A stretch of DNA of 64,000 bases, taken from positions 43,462,001-43,526,000 of the forward strand of contig OZ024748.1 in assembly GCA_964016885.1 (NCBI GenBank), in the 5' to 3' direction. The stretch comes from Eledone cirrhosa (taxonomy: Eukaryota). Below the pieces are notes generated by a model. That model saw nothing but the letters and a program-made list of their open reading frames with translations, was not told the origin of the DNA and ran no database searches. Positions 12,001 through 24,000 of the stretch are shown here, piece by piece (position 1 is the stretch's first letter; the number at the start of each line of letters is the position of its first letter). Position numbers and translations under genes: made by a program.

Positions 12001-15000
12001 TGAAGACCTTCTGATGTCCAGCTCTCCTGGAGTTCCTTCTCTCAAGACCTTCTGCTGTCCAGATCTCCTGAGAGTTTCTTCTCTGAAGACCTTCTGCTGT
12101 CCAGTTCTCCTGGAGTTCCTTCTCTGAAGACCTTCTGCTGTCCAGCTGCCCTGGAGTTCCTTCTCTCAAGACCTTCTACTGTCCAGCTCTCCTCAGAGTT
12201 CCTTCTCTGAAGACCTTCTGCTGTCCAGCTCTCCTGGAGTTCCTTCTCTGAAGACCTTCTGCTGTCCAGCTCTCCTGGCATTCCTTCTCTCAAGACCTTC
12301 TACTGTCCAGCTCTCCTGGAGTTCCTTCTCTCAAGACCTTCTGCTGTCCAGCTCTCCTGGGAGTTCCTTCTCTGAAGACCTTCTACTGTACAGCTCTCCC
12401 GGGGTTCCTTCTCTGAAGACCTTCTGCTGTCCAGCACTCCCGGGGTTCCTTCTATTAAGACCTTCTACTGTCCAGCTCTCCCAGGGTTCCTTCTCTGAAG
12501 ACCTTCTGCTCTCCAGCTCTCCTGGGAGTTCCTTCTCTCAAGACCTTCTGCTGTCCAGATCTCCTGAGAGTTTCTTCTCTGAAGACCTTCTGCTGTTCAG
12601 CTCTCCTGGAGTTCCTTCTCTGAAGACCTTCTGCTGTCCAGCTCTCCCGGGGTTCCTTCTCTGAAGACCTTCTGCTGTCCAGCTCTCCCGGGGTTCCTTC
12701 TCTGATGACCTTCTACTGTCCAGCTCTCCCGGCGTTCCTTCTCTGAAGACCTTCTGCTGTCCAGCTCTCCCGGGGTTCCTACTCTCAAGACCTTCTGCTG
12801 TCCAGCTCTCCCGGGGTTCCTACTCTGAAGACCTTCTGCTGTCCAGCTCTCCCGGGGTTCCTTCTCTGAAGACCTTCTGCTGTCCAGCTCTCCTGGAAGT
12901 TCCTCCTCTGAAGACCTTCTGCTGTCGAGCTCTCCTGGGGTTCCTTCTCTGAAGACCTTCTGCTGTCCAGCTCTCCCGGGGTTCCTACTCTGAAAACCTT
13001 CTGCTGTCCAGCTCTCCTGGAGTCCCTTCTCTCAAGACCTTCTACTGTCCAGCTCTCCCGGGGTTCCTTCTCTGAAGACCTTCTGCTGTCCAGCTCTCCT
13101 GAAGTTCCTTCTCTGAAGACCTTCTGCTGTCCAGCACTCCCGGGGTTCCTACTCTCAAGTCCTTCTGCTGTCCAGCTCTCCTGGAAGTTCCTCCTCTGAA
13201 GACCTTCTGCTGTCCAGCTCTCCCGGGGTTCCTTCTCTGAAGACCTTCTGCTGTCCAGCTCTCCTGGAGTTCCTTCTCTGAAGACCTTCTGCTGTCCAGT
13301 TCTCCCAGGGTTCCTTCTCTCAAGACCTTCTGCTGTCCAGCTCTCCCGGGGTTCCTTCTCTGAAGACCTTCTGCTGTCCAGCTCTCCCGGGGTTCCTTCT
13401 CTCAAGACCTTCTGCTGTCCAGCTCTCCTGGAGTTCCTTCTCTGAAGACCTTCTACTGTCCAGCTCTCCTGGGGTTCCTTCTCTGAAGACCTTCTGCTGT
13501 CCAGCTCTCCTGGAGTTCCTTCTCTGAAGACCTTCTGCTGTCCAGCTCTCCTGGAAGTTCCTCCTCTGAAGACCTTCTGCTGTCCAGCTCTCCTGGAGTT
13601 CCTTCTCTCAAGACCTTCTGCTGTCCAGATCTCCTGAGAGTTTCTTCTCTGAAGACCTTCTGCTATCCAGCTCTCCTGGATTTCCTTCTCTGAAGACCTT
13701 CTGCTGTCCAGCTCTCCCGGGGTTCCTTCTCTGAAGACCTTCTGCTGTCCAGCTCTCCCGGGGTTCCTTCTCTGATGACCTTCTACTGTCCAGCTCTCCC
13801 GGGGTTCCTTCTCTGAAGACCTTCTGCTGTCCAGCTCTCCCGGGGTTCCTACTCTCAAGACCTTCTGCTGTCCAGCTCTCCCGGGGTTCCTTCTCTGAAG
13901 ACCTTCTGCTTTCCAGCTCTCCCGGGGTTCCTTCTCTCAAGACCTTCTGCTGCCCAGCTCTCCTGGAAGTTCCTCCTCTGAAGACCTTCTGCTGTCCAGC
14001 TCTCCTGGGGTTCCTTCTCTGAAGACCTTCTGCTGTCCAGCTCTCCCGGGGTTCCTACTCTCAAGTCCTTCTGCTGTCCAGCTCTCCCGGGGTTCCTTCT
14101 CTGAAGACCTTCTGCTGTCCAGCTCTCCTGAAGTTCCTTCTCTGAAGACCTTCTGCTGTCCAGCTCTCCCGGGGTTCCTACTCTCAAGTCCTTCTGCTGT
14201 CCAGCTCTCCTGGAAGTTCCTCCTCTGAAGACCTTCTGCTGTCCAGCTCTCCCGGGGTTCCTTCTCTGAAGACCTTCTGCTGTCCAGCTCTCCTGGAGTT
14301 CCTTCTCTGAAGACCTTCTGCTGTCCAGTTCTCCCAGGGTTCCTTCTCTCAAGACCTTCTGCTGTCCAGCTCTCCCGGGGTTCCTTCTCTGAAGACCTTC
14401 TGCTGTCCAGCTCTCCCGGGGTTCCTTCTCTCAAGACCTTCTGCTGTCCAGCTCTCCTGGAGTTCCTTCTCTGAAGACCTTCTACTGTCCAGCTCTCCTG
14501 GGGTTCCTTCTCTGAAGACCTTCTGCTGTCCAGCTCTCCTGGAGTTCCTTCTCTGAAGACCTTCTGCTGTCCAGCTCTCCTGGAAGTTCCTCCTCTGAAG
14601 ACCTTCTGCTGTCCAGCTCTCCTGGAGTTCCTTCTCTCAAGACCTTCTGCTGTCCAGATCTCCTGAGAGTTTCTTCTCTGAAGACCTTCTGCTATCCAGC
14701 TCTCCTGGATTTCCTTCTCTGAAGACCTTCTGCTGTCCAGCTCTCCCGGGGTTCCTTCTCTGAAGACCTTCTGCTGTCCAGCTCTCCCGGGGTTCCTTCT
14801 CTGATGACCTTCTACTGTCCAGCTCTCCCGGGGTTCCTTCTCTGAAGACCTTCTGCTGTCCAGCTCTCCCGGGGTTCCTACTCTCAAGACCTTCTACTGT
14901 CCAGCTCTCCCGGGGTTCCTTCTCTGAAGACCTTCTGCTTTCCAGCTCTCCCGGGGTTCCTTCTCTCAAGACCTTCTGCTGCCCAGCTCTCCTGGAAGTT

Positions 15001-18000
15001 CCTCCTCTGAAGACCTTCTGCTGTCCAGCTCTCCTGGGGTTCCTTCTCTGAAGACCTTCTGCTGTCCAGCTCTCCCGGGGTTCCTACTCTCAAGTCCTTC
15101 TGCTGTCCAGCTCTCCTGGAAATTTCTCCTCTGAAGACCTTCTGCTGTCCAGCTCTCCCGAGGTTCCTTCTCTGAAGACCTTCTGCTGTCCAGCTCTCCT
15201 GGAGTTCCTTCTCTGAAGACCTTCTGCTGTCCAGCTCTCCCGGGATTCCTTCTCTCAAGACCTTCTGCTGTCCAGCTCTCCAGGGGTTCCTTCTCTGAAG
15301 ACCTTCTGCCGTCCAGCACTCCCGGGGTTCCTTCTCTGAAGACCTTCTACTGTCCAGCTCTCCTGGGGTTCCTTCTCTTAAGACCTTCTGCTGTCAAGCT
15401 CTCCTGGAGTTCCTTCTCTGAAGACCTTATGCTGTCCAGCTCTCCTGGAAGTTCCTCCTCTGAAGACCTTCTGCTGTCTAGCTCTCCCGGGGTTCCTTCT
15501 CTGAAGACCTTCTGCTGTCCAGCTCTCCCGGGGTTCCTTCTCTGAAGACCTTCTACTGTCCAGCTCTCCTGGAAGTTCCTCCTCTGAAGACATTCTGCTG
15601 TCCAGCTCTCCTGGAGTTCCTTCTCTGTAGACCTTCTACTGTCCAGATCTCCTGAGAGTTTCTTCTCTGAAACCTTCTGCTGTTCAGCTCTCCTGGAGTT
15701 CCTTCTCTCAAGACCTTCTGCTGTCCAGATCTCCTGAGAGTTTCTTCTCTGAAGACCTTCGGCTGTCCGGCTCTCCTGGAGTTCCTTCTCTGAAGACCTT
15801 CTGCTGTCCAGCTCTCCCGGGGTTCCTTCTCTGAAGACCTTCTGCTGTCCAGCTCTCCCGGGGTTCCTTCTCTGATGACCTTCTACTGTCCAGCTCTCCC
15901 GGGGTTCCTTCTCTGAAGACCTTCTGCTGTCCAGCTCTTCGGGGGTTCCTACTCTCAAGACCTTCTGCTGTCCAGCTCTGCCAGGGTTCCTTCTCTGAAG
16001 ACCTTCTGCTGTCCAGCTCTCCCGGGGTTCCTCCTCTCAAGACCTTCTGCTGTCCAGCTCTCCTGGAAGTTCCTCCTCTGAAGACTTTCTGCTGTCCAGC
16101 TCTCCTGGGGTTCCTTCTCTGAATACCTTCTGCTGTCCAGCTCTCCCGGGGTTCCTTCTCTCAAGACCTTCTGCTGTCCAGCTCTCCTGGTAGTTCTTCC
16201 TCTGAAGACCTTCTGCTGTCCAGCTCTCCCGGGGTTCCTACTCTCAAGACCTTCTGCTGTCCATATCTCCCGGGGTTCCTTCTCTGAAGACCTTCTACTG
16301 TCCAGCTCTCCTGGGGTTCCTTCTCTGAAGACCTTCTGCTGTCCAGCTCTCCTGGAGTTCCTTCTCTGAAGACCTTCTGCTGTCCAGCTCTCCCGGGGTT
16401 CCTTCTCTGAAGACCTTCTGCTGTCCAGCTCTCCTGGAGTTCCTTCTCTGAAGACCTTCTACTGTCCAGCTCTCCCGGGGTTCCTCCTCTGAAAACCTTC
16501 TGCTGTCCAGCTCTCCTGGAGTTCCTTCTCTCAAGACCTTCTACTGTCCAGCTCTCCCGGGGTTCCTTCTCTGAAGACCTTCTGCTGTCCAGCTCTCCTG
16601 GAGTTCCTTCTCTGAAGACCTTCTGCTGTCCAGCTCTCCCGGGGTTCCTTCTCTCAAGACCTTCTGCTGTCCAGCTCTCCCGGGGTTCCTCCTCTGAAAA
16701 CCTTCTGCTGTCCAGCTCTCCTGGAGTTCCTTCTGTCAAGACCTTCTACTGTCTAGCTCTCCCGGGGTTCCTTCTCTGAAGACCTTCTGCTGTCCAGCTC
16801 TCCTGGAGTTCCTTCTCTGAAGACCTTCTGCTGTCCAGCTCTCCCGGGGTTCCTACTCTGAAGACCTTCTGCTGTCCAGCTCTCCTGAAGTTCCTCCTCT
16901 AAAAACCTTCTGCTGTCCAGCTCTCCCGGGGTTCCTTCTCTCAAGACCTTCTGCTGTCCAGCTCTCCCGGGGTTCCTTCTCTGAAGACCTTCTGCTGTCC
17001 AGCTCTCCCAGGGTTCCTTCTCTCAGACCTTCTGCTGTCCAGCTCTCCCAGGGTTCCTTCTCTCAAGACCTTCTGCTGTCCAGCGCTCCCGGGGTTCCTT
17101 CTCTGAAGACCTTCTGTTGTCCAGCGCTCCCGGGGTTCCTTCTCTGAAGACCTTCTGCTGTCCAGCGCTCCCGGGGTTCCTTCTCTGAAGACCTTCTGTT
17201 GTCCAGCTCTCCCAGGGTTCCTTCTCTCAAGACCTTCTGCTGTCCAGCTCTCCTGGAAGTTCCTCCTATGAAGACCTTCTGCTGTCCAGCTCTCCCGGGG
17301 TTCCTTCTCTCAAGACCTTCTGCTGTCCAGCGCTCCCGGGGTTCCTTCTCTGAAGACCTTCTGCTGTCCAGCTCTCCCGGGGTTCCTACTCTGAAGACCT
17401 TCTGCTGTCCAGCTCTCCCAGGGTTCCTTCTCTGAAGACCTTCTGCTGGCCAGCTCTCCCGGGGTTCCTTCTCTCAAGACCTTCTGCTGTCCAGCTCTCC
17501 CGGGGTTCCTTCTCTGAAGACCTTCTACTGTCCAGCTCTCCCGGGGTTCCTTCTCTGAAGACCTTCTGTTGTCCAGCTCTCCCGGGGTTCCTTCTCTGGA
17601 GACCTTCTGCTGTCCAGCTCTCCCGGGATTCCTTCTCTCAAGACCTTCTGCTGTCCAGCTCTCCCGGGGTTCCTTCTCTGAAGACCTTCTGCCGTCCAGC
17701 ACTCCCGGGGTTCCTTCTCTGAAGACCTTCTGCTGTCCAGCTCTCCTGGAGTTCATTCTCTGAAGACCTTCTACTGTCCAGCTCTCCTGGGGTTCCTTCT
17801 CTGAAGACCTTCTGCTGTCCAGCTCTCCTGGGGTTCCTTCTCTGAAGACCTTCTGCTGTCCAGCTCTCCTGGAGTTCCTTCTCTGAAGACCTTCTACTGT
17901 CCAGATCTCCTGAGAGTTTCTTCTCTGAAGACCTTCTGCTGTTCAGCTCTCCTGGAGTTCCTTCTCTCAAGACCTTCTGCTGTCCAGATCTCCTGAGAGT

Positions 18001-21000
18001 TTCTTCTCTGAAGACCTTCTGCTGTCCAGCTCTCCTGGAGTTCCTTCTCTGAAGACCTTCTGCTGTCCAGCTCTCCCGGGGTTCCTTCTCTGAAGACCTT
18101 CTGCTGTCCAGCTCTCCCGGGGTTCCTTCTATGATGACCTTCTACTGTCCAGCTCTCCCGGGGTTCCTTCTCTGAAGACCTTCTGCAGTCCAGCTCTTCC
18201 GGGGTTCCTACTCTCAAGACCTTCTGCTGTCCAGCTCTCCCAGGGTTCCTTCTCTGAAGACCTTCTGCTGTCCAGCTCTCCCAGGGTTCCTTCTCTCAAG
18301 ACCTTCTGCTGTCCAGCTCTCCTGGAAGTTCCTCCTCTGAAGACTTTCTGCTGTCCAGCTCTCCCGGGGTTCCTTCTCTGAAGACCTTCTGCTGTCCAGC
18401 TCTCCCGGGGTTCCTTCTCTCAAGACCTTCTGCTGTCCAGCTCTCCTGGAAGTTCCTCCTCTGAAGACCTTCTACTGTCCAGCTCTCCCGGGGTTCCTTC
18501 TCTGAAGACCTTCTGTTGTCCAGCTCTCCCGGGGTTCCTTTTCTTAAGACCTTCTGCTGTCCAGCTCTCCTGGGGTTCCTTCTCTGAAGACCTTCTGCTG
18601 TCCAGCTCTCCCGGCGTTCCTTCTCTCAAGACCTTCTGCTGTCCAGTTCTCCGGGGGTTCCTTCTCTGAAGACCTTCTGCTGTCCAGCTCTCCTGAAGTT
18701 CCTCCTCTGAAGACCTTCTGCTGTCCAGCTCTCCCGGGGTTCCTTCTCTCAAGACCTTCTGCTGTCCAGTTCTCCCGGGGTTCCTTCTCTGAAGACCTTC
18801 TGCTGTCCAGCTCTCCTGAAGTTCCTCCTCTAAAAACCTTCTGCTGTCCAGCTCTCCTGGGGTTCCTTCTCTCAAGACCTTCTGCTGTCCAGCTCTCCCG
18901 GGGTTCCATCTGTGAAGACCTTCTGCTGTCCAGCTCTCCCAGGGTTCCTTCTCTCAAGACCTTCTGCTGTGCAGCGCTCCCGGGGTTACTTCTCTGAAGA
19001 CCTTCTGCTGTCCAGCGCTCCCGGGGTTCCTTCTCTGAAGACCTTCTGCTGTCCAGCGCTCCCGGGGTTCCTTCTCTGAAGACCTTCTGTTGTCCAGCTA
19101 TCCCAGGGTTCCTTCTCTCAAGACCTTCTGCTGTCCAGCTCTCCTGGAAGTTCCTCCTATGAAGACCTTCTGCTGTCCAGCTCTCCCGGGGTTCCTTCTG
19201 TCAAGACCTTCTGCTGTCCAGCTCTCCCGGGGTTCCTTCTCTGAAGACCTTCTGCTGTCCAGCTCTCCCGGGGTTCCTTCTCTGAAGACCTTCTGCTGTC
19301 CAGCTCTCCCGGGGTTCCTTCTCTCAAGACCTTCTGCCGTCCAGCTCTCCCGGGGATCCTTCTCTCAAGACCTTCTGCTGTCCAGCTCTCCCGGGGTTCC
19401 CACTCTCAAGACCTTCTGCTGTCCAGCTCTCCTGGAAGTTCCTCCTCTGAAGACCTTCTGCTGTCCAGCTCTCCCGGGGTTCCTTCTCTCAAGACCTTCT
19501 GCTGTCCAGCTCTCCTGGAGTTCCTTCTCTGAAGACCTTCTGATGTCCAGCTCTCCCAGGGTTCCTTCTCTCAAGACCTTCTGCTGTCCAGCTCTCCCGG
19601 GGTTCCTTCTCTGAGGACCTTCTGCTGTCCAGCTCTCCTGGATTTCCTTCTCTGAAGACCTTCTGCTGTCCAGCTCTCCCGGGGTTCCTTCTCTGAAGAC
19701 CTTCTGCTGTCCAGCTCTCCCGGGGTTCCTTCTCTGATGACCTTCTACTGTCCAGCTCTCCCGGGGTTCCTTCTCTGAAGACCTTCTGCTGTCCAGCTCT
19801 CCCGGGGTTCCTACTCTCAAGACCTTCTGCTGTCCAGCTCTCCCGGGGTTCCTTCTCTCAAGACCTTCTGCTGTCCAGCTCTCCCGGGGTTCCTTCTCTC
19901 AAGACCTTCTGCTGTCCAGCTCTCCTGGAAGTTCCTCCTCTGAAGACCTTCTGCTGTCCAGCTCTCCTGGGGTTCCTTCTCTGAAGACCTTCTGCTGTCC
20001 AGCTCTCCCGGGGTTCCTACTCTCAAGTCCTTCTGCTGTCCAGCGCTCCTGGAAGTTCCTCCTCTGAAGACCTTCTGCTGTCCAGCTCTCCCGGGGTTCC
20101 TTCTCTGAAGACCTTCTGCTGTCCAGCTCTCCTGGAGTTCCTTCTCTGAAGACCTTCTGCTGTCCAGCTCTCCCGGGATTCCTTCTCTCAAGACCTTCTG
20201 CTGTCCAGCTCTCCCGGGGTTCCTTCTCTGAAGACCTTCTGCTGTCCAGCTCTCCCAGGGTTCCTTCTCTCAAGACCTTCTGCTGTCCAGCTCTCCCAGG
20301 GTTCCTTCTCTCAAGACCTTCTGCTGTCCAGCGCTCCCGGGGTTCCTTCTCTGAAGACCTTCTGTTGTCCAGCGCTCCCGGGGTTCCTTTTCTGAAGACC
20401 TTCTGCTGTCCAGCGCTCCCGGGGTTCCTTCTCTGAAGACCTTCTGTTGTCCAGCTCTCCCAGGGTTCCTTCTCTCAAGACCTTCTGCTGTCCAGCTCTC
20501 CTGGAAGTTCCTCCTATGAAGACCTTCTGCTGTCCAGCTCTCCCGGGGTTCCTTCTCTCAAGACCTTCTGCTGTCCAGCGCTCCCGGGGTTCCTTCTCTG
20601 AAGACCTTCTGCTGTCCAGCTCTCCCGGGGTTCCTACTCTGAAGACCTTCTGCTGTCCAGCTTTCCCAGGGTTCCTTCTCTGAAGACCTTCTGCTGGCCA
20701 GCTCTCCCGGGGTTCCTTCTCTCAAGACCTTCTGCTGTCCAGCTCTCCCGGGGTTCCTTCTCTGAAGACCTTCTACTGTCCAGCTCTCCCGGGGTTCCTT
20801 CTCTGAAGACCTTCTGTTGTCCAGCTCTCCCGGGGTTCCTTCTCTGAAGACCTTCTGCTGTCCAGCTCTCCCGGGATTCCTTCTCTCAAGACCTTCTGCT
20901 GTCCAGCTCTCCCGGGGTTCCTTCTCTGAAGACCTTCTGCCGTCCAGCACTCCCGGGTTCCTTCTCTGAAGACCTTCTGCTGTCCAGCTCTCCTGGAGTT

Positions 21001-24000
21001 CCTTCTCTGAAGACCTTCTACTGTCCAGCTCTCCTGGGGTTCCTTCTCTGAAGACCTTCTGCTGTCCAGCTCTCCTGGAGTTCCTTCTCTGAAGACCTTC
21101 TACTGTCCAGATCTCCTGAGAGTTTCTTCTCTGAAGACCTTCTGCTGTTCAGCTCTCCTGGAGTTCCTTCTCTCAAGACCTTCTGCTGTCCAGATCTCCT
21201 GAGAGTTTCTTCTCTGAAGACCTTCTGCTGTCCAGCTCTCCTGGAGTTCCTTCTCTGAAGACCTTCTGCTGTCCAGCTCTCCCGGGGTTCCTTCTCTGAA
21301 GACCTTCTGCTGTCCAGCTCTCCCGGGGTTCCTTCTATGATGACCTTCTACTGTCCAGCTCTCCCGGGGTTCCTTCTCTGAAGACCTTCTGCTGTCCAGC
21401 TCTTCCGGGGTTCCTACTCTCAAGACCTTCTGCTGTCCAGCTCTCCCAGGGTTCCTTCTCTGAAGACCTTCTGCTGTCCAGCTCTCCCGGGGTTCCTTCT
21501 CTGAAGACCTTCTGCTGTCCAGCTCTCCTGGAAGTTCCTCCTCTGAAGACTTTCTGCTGTCCAGCTCTCCTGGGGTTCCTTCTCTGAAGACCTTCTGCTG
21601 TCCAGCTCTCCCGGGGTTCCTTCTCTCAAGACCTTCTGCTGTCCAGCTCTCCTGGAAGTTCCTCCTCTGAAGACCTTCTACTGTCCAGCTCTCCCGGGGT
21701 TCCTTCTCTGAAGACCTTCTGTTGTCCAGCTCTCCCGGGGTTCCTTTTCTTAAGACCTTCTGCTGTCCAGCTCTCCTGGGGTTCCTTCTCTGAAGACCTT
21801 CTGCTGTCCAGCTCTCCCGGCGTTCCTTCTCTCAAGACCTTCTGCTGTCCAGTTCTCCCGGGGTTCCTTCTCTGAAGACCTTCTGCTGTCCAGCTCTCCT
21901 GAAGTTCCTCCTCTGAAGACCTTCTGCTGTCCAGCTCTCCCGGGGTTCCTTCTCTCAAGACCTTCTGCTGTCCAGTTCTCCCGGGGTTCCTTCTCTGAAG
22001 ACCTTCTGCTGTCCAGCTCTCCTGAAGTTCCTCCTCTAAAAACCTTCTGCTGTCCAGCTCTCCTGGGGTTCCTTCTCTCAAGACCTTCTGCTGTGCAGCT
22101 CTCCCGGGGTTCCATCTGTGAAGACCTTCTGCTGTCCAGCTCTCCCAGGGTTCCTTCTCTCAAGACCTTCTGCTGTGCAGCGCTCCCGGGGTTACTTCTC
22201 TGAAGACCTTCTGCTGCCCAGCGCTCCCGGGGTTCCTTCTCTGAAGACCTTCTGCTGTCCAGCGCTCCCGGGGTTCCTTCTCTGAAGACCTTCTGTTGTC
22301 CAGCTATCCCAGGGTTCCTTCTCTCAAGACATTCTGCTGTCCAGCTCTCCTGGAAGTTCCTCCTATGAAGACCTTCTGCTGTCCAGCTCTCCCGGGGTTC
22401 CTTCTGTCAAGACCTTCTGCTGTCCAGCTCTCCCGGGGTTCCCACTCTCAAGACCTTCTGCTGTACAGCTCTCCTGGAAGTTCCTCCTCTGAAGACCTTC
22501 TGCTGTCCAGCTCTCCCGGGGTTCCTTCTCTCAAGACCTTCTGCTGTCCAGCTCTCCTGGAGTTCCTTCTCTGAAGACCTTCTGATGTCCAGCTCTCCCA
22601 GGGTTCCTTCTCTCAAGACCTTCTGCTGTCCAGCTCTCCCGGGGTTCCTTCTCTGAGGACCTTCTGCTGTCCAGCTCTCCTGGATTTCCTTCTCTGAAGA
22701 CCTTCTGCTGTCCAGCTCTCCCGGGGTTCCTTCTCTGAAGACCTTCTGCTGTCCAGCTCTCCCAGGGTTCCTTCTCTGATGACCTTCTACTGTCCAGCTC
22801 TCCCGGGGTTCCTTCTCTGAAGACCTTCTGCTGTCCAGCTCTCCCGGGGTTCCTACTCTCAAGACCTTCTGCTGTCCAGCTCTCCCGGGGTTCCTTCTCT
22901 CAAGACCTTCTGCTGTCCAGCTCTCCCGGGGTTCCCTCTCTCAAGACCTTCTGCTGTCCAGCTCTCCTGGAAGTTCCTCCTCTGAAGACCTTCTGCTGTC
23001 CAGCTCTCCTGGGGTTCCTTCTCTGAAGACCTTCTGCTGTCCAGCTCTCCCGGGGTTCCTACTCTCAAGTCCTTCTGCTCTCCAGCGCTCCTGGAAGTTC
23101 CCCTCTGAAGACCTTCTGCTGTCCAGCTCTCCCGGGGTTCCTTCTCTGAAGACCTTCTGCTGTCCAGCTCTCCTGGAGTTCCTTCTCTGAAGACCTTCTG
23201 CTGTCCAGCTCTCCCGGGATTCCTTCTCTCAAGACCTTCTGCTGTCCAGCTCTCCCGGGGTTCCTTCTCTGAAGACCTTCTGCCGTCCAGCACTCCCGTG
23301 GTTCCTTCTCTGAAGACCTTCTGCTGTCCAGCTCTCCTGGAGTTCCTTCTCTGAAGACCTTCTACTGTCCAGCTCTCCTGGGGTTCCCTCTCTGAAGACC
23401 TTCTGCTGTCCAGCTCTCCTGGAGTTCCTTCTCTGAAGACCTTCTGCTGTCCAGCTCTCCTGGAAGTTCCTCCTCTGAAGACCTTCTGCTGTCCAGCTCT
23501 CCCGGGGTTCCTTCTCTGAAGACCTTCTGCTGTCCAGCTCTCCCGGGGTTCCTTCTCTCAAGACCTTCTACTGTCCAGCTCTCCTGGAAGTTCCTCCTCT
23601 GAAGACCTTCTGCTGTCCAGCTCTCCTGGAGTTCCTTCTCTGAAGACCTTCTACTGTCCAGATCTCCTGAGAGTTTCTTCTCTGAAGACCTTCTGCTGTT
23701 CAGCTCTCCTGGAGTTCCTTCTCTCAAGACCTTCTGCTGTCCAGATCTCCTGAGAGTTTCTTCTCTGAAGACCTTCTGCTGTCCAGCTCTCCTGGAGTTC
23801 CTTCTCTGAAGACCTTCTGCTGTCCAGCTCTCCCGGGGTTCCTTCTCTGAAGACCTACTGCTGTCCAGCTCTCCCGGGGTTCCTTCTATGATGACCTTCT
23901 ACTGTCCAGCTCTCCCGGGGTTCCTTCTCTGAAGACCTTCTGCTGTCCAGCTCTCCCGGGGTTCCTTCTCTCAAGACCTTCTGCTGTCCAGCTCTCCTGG

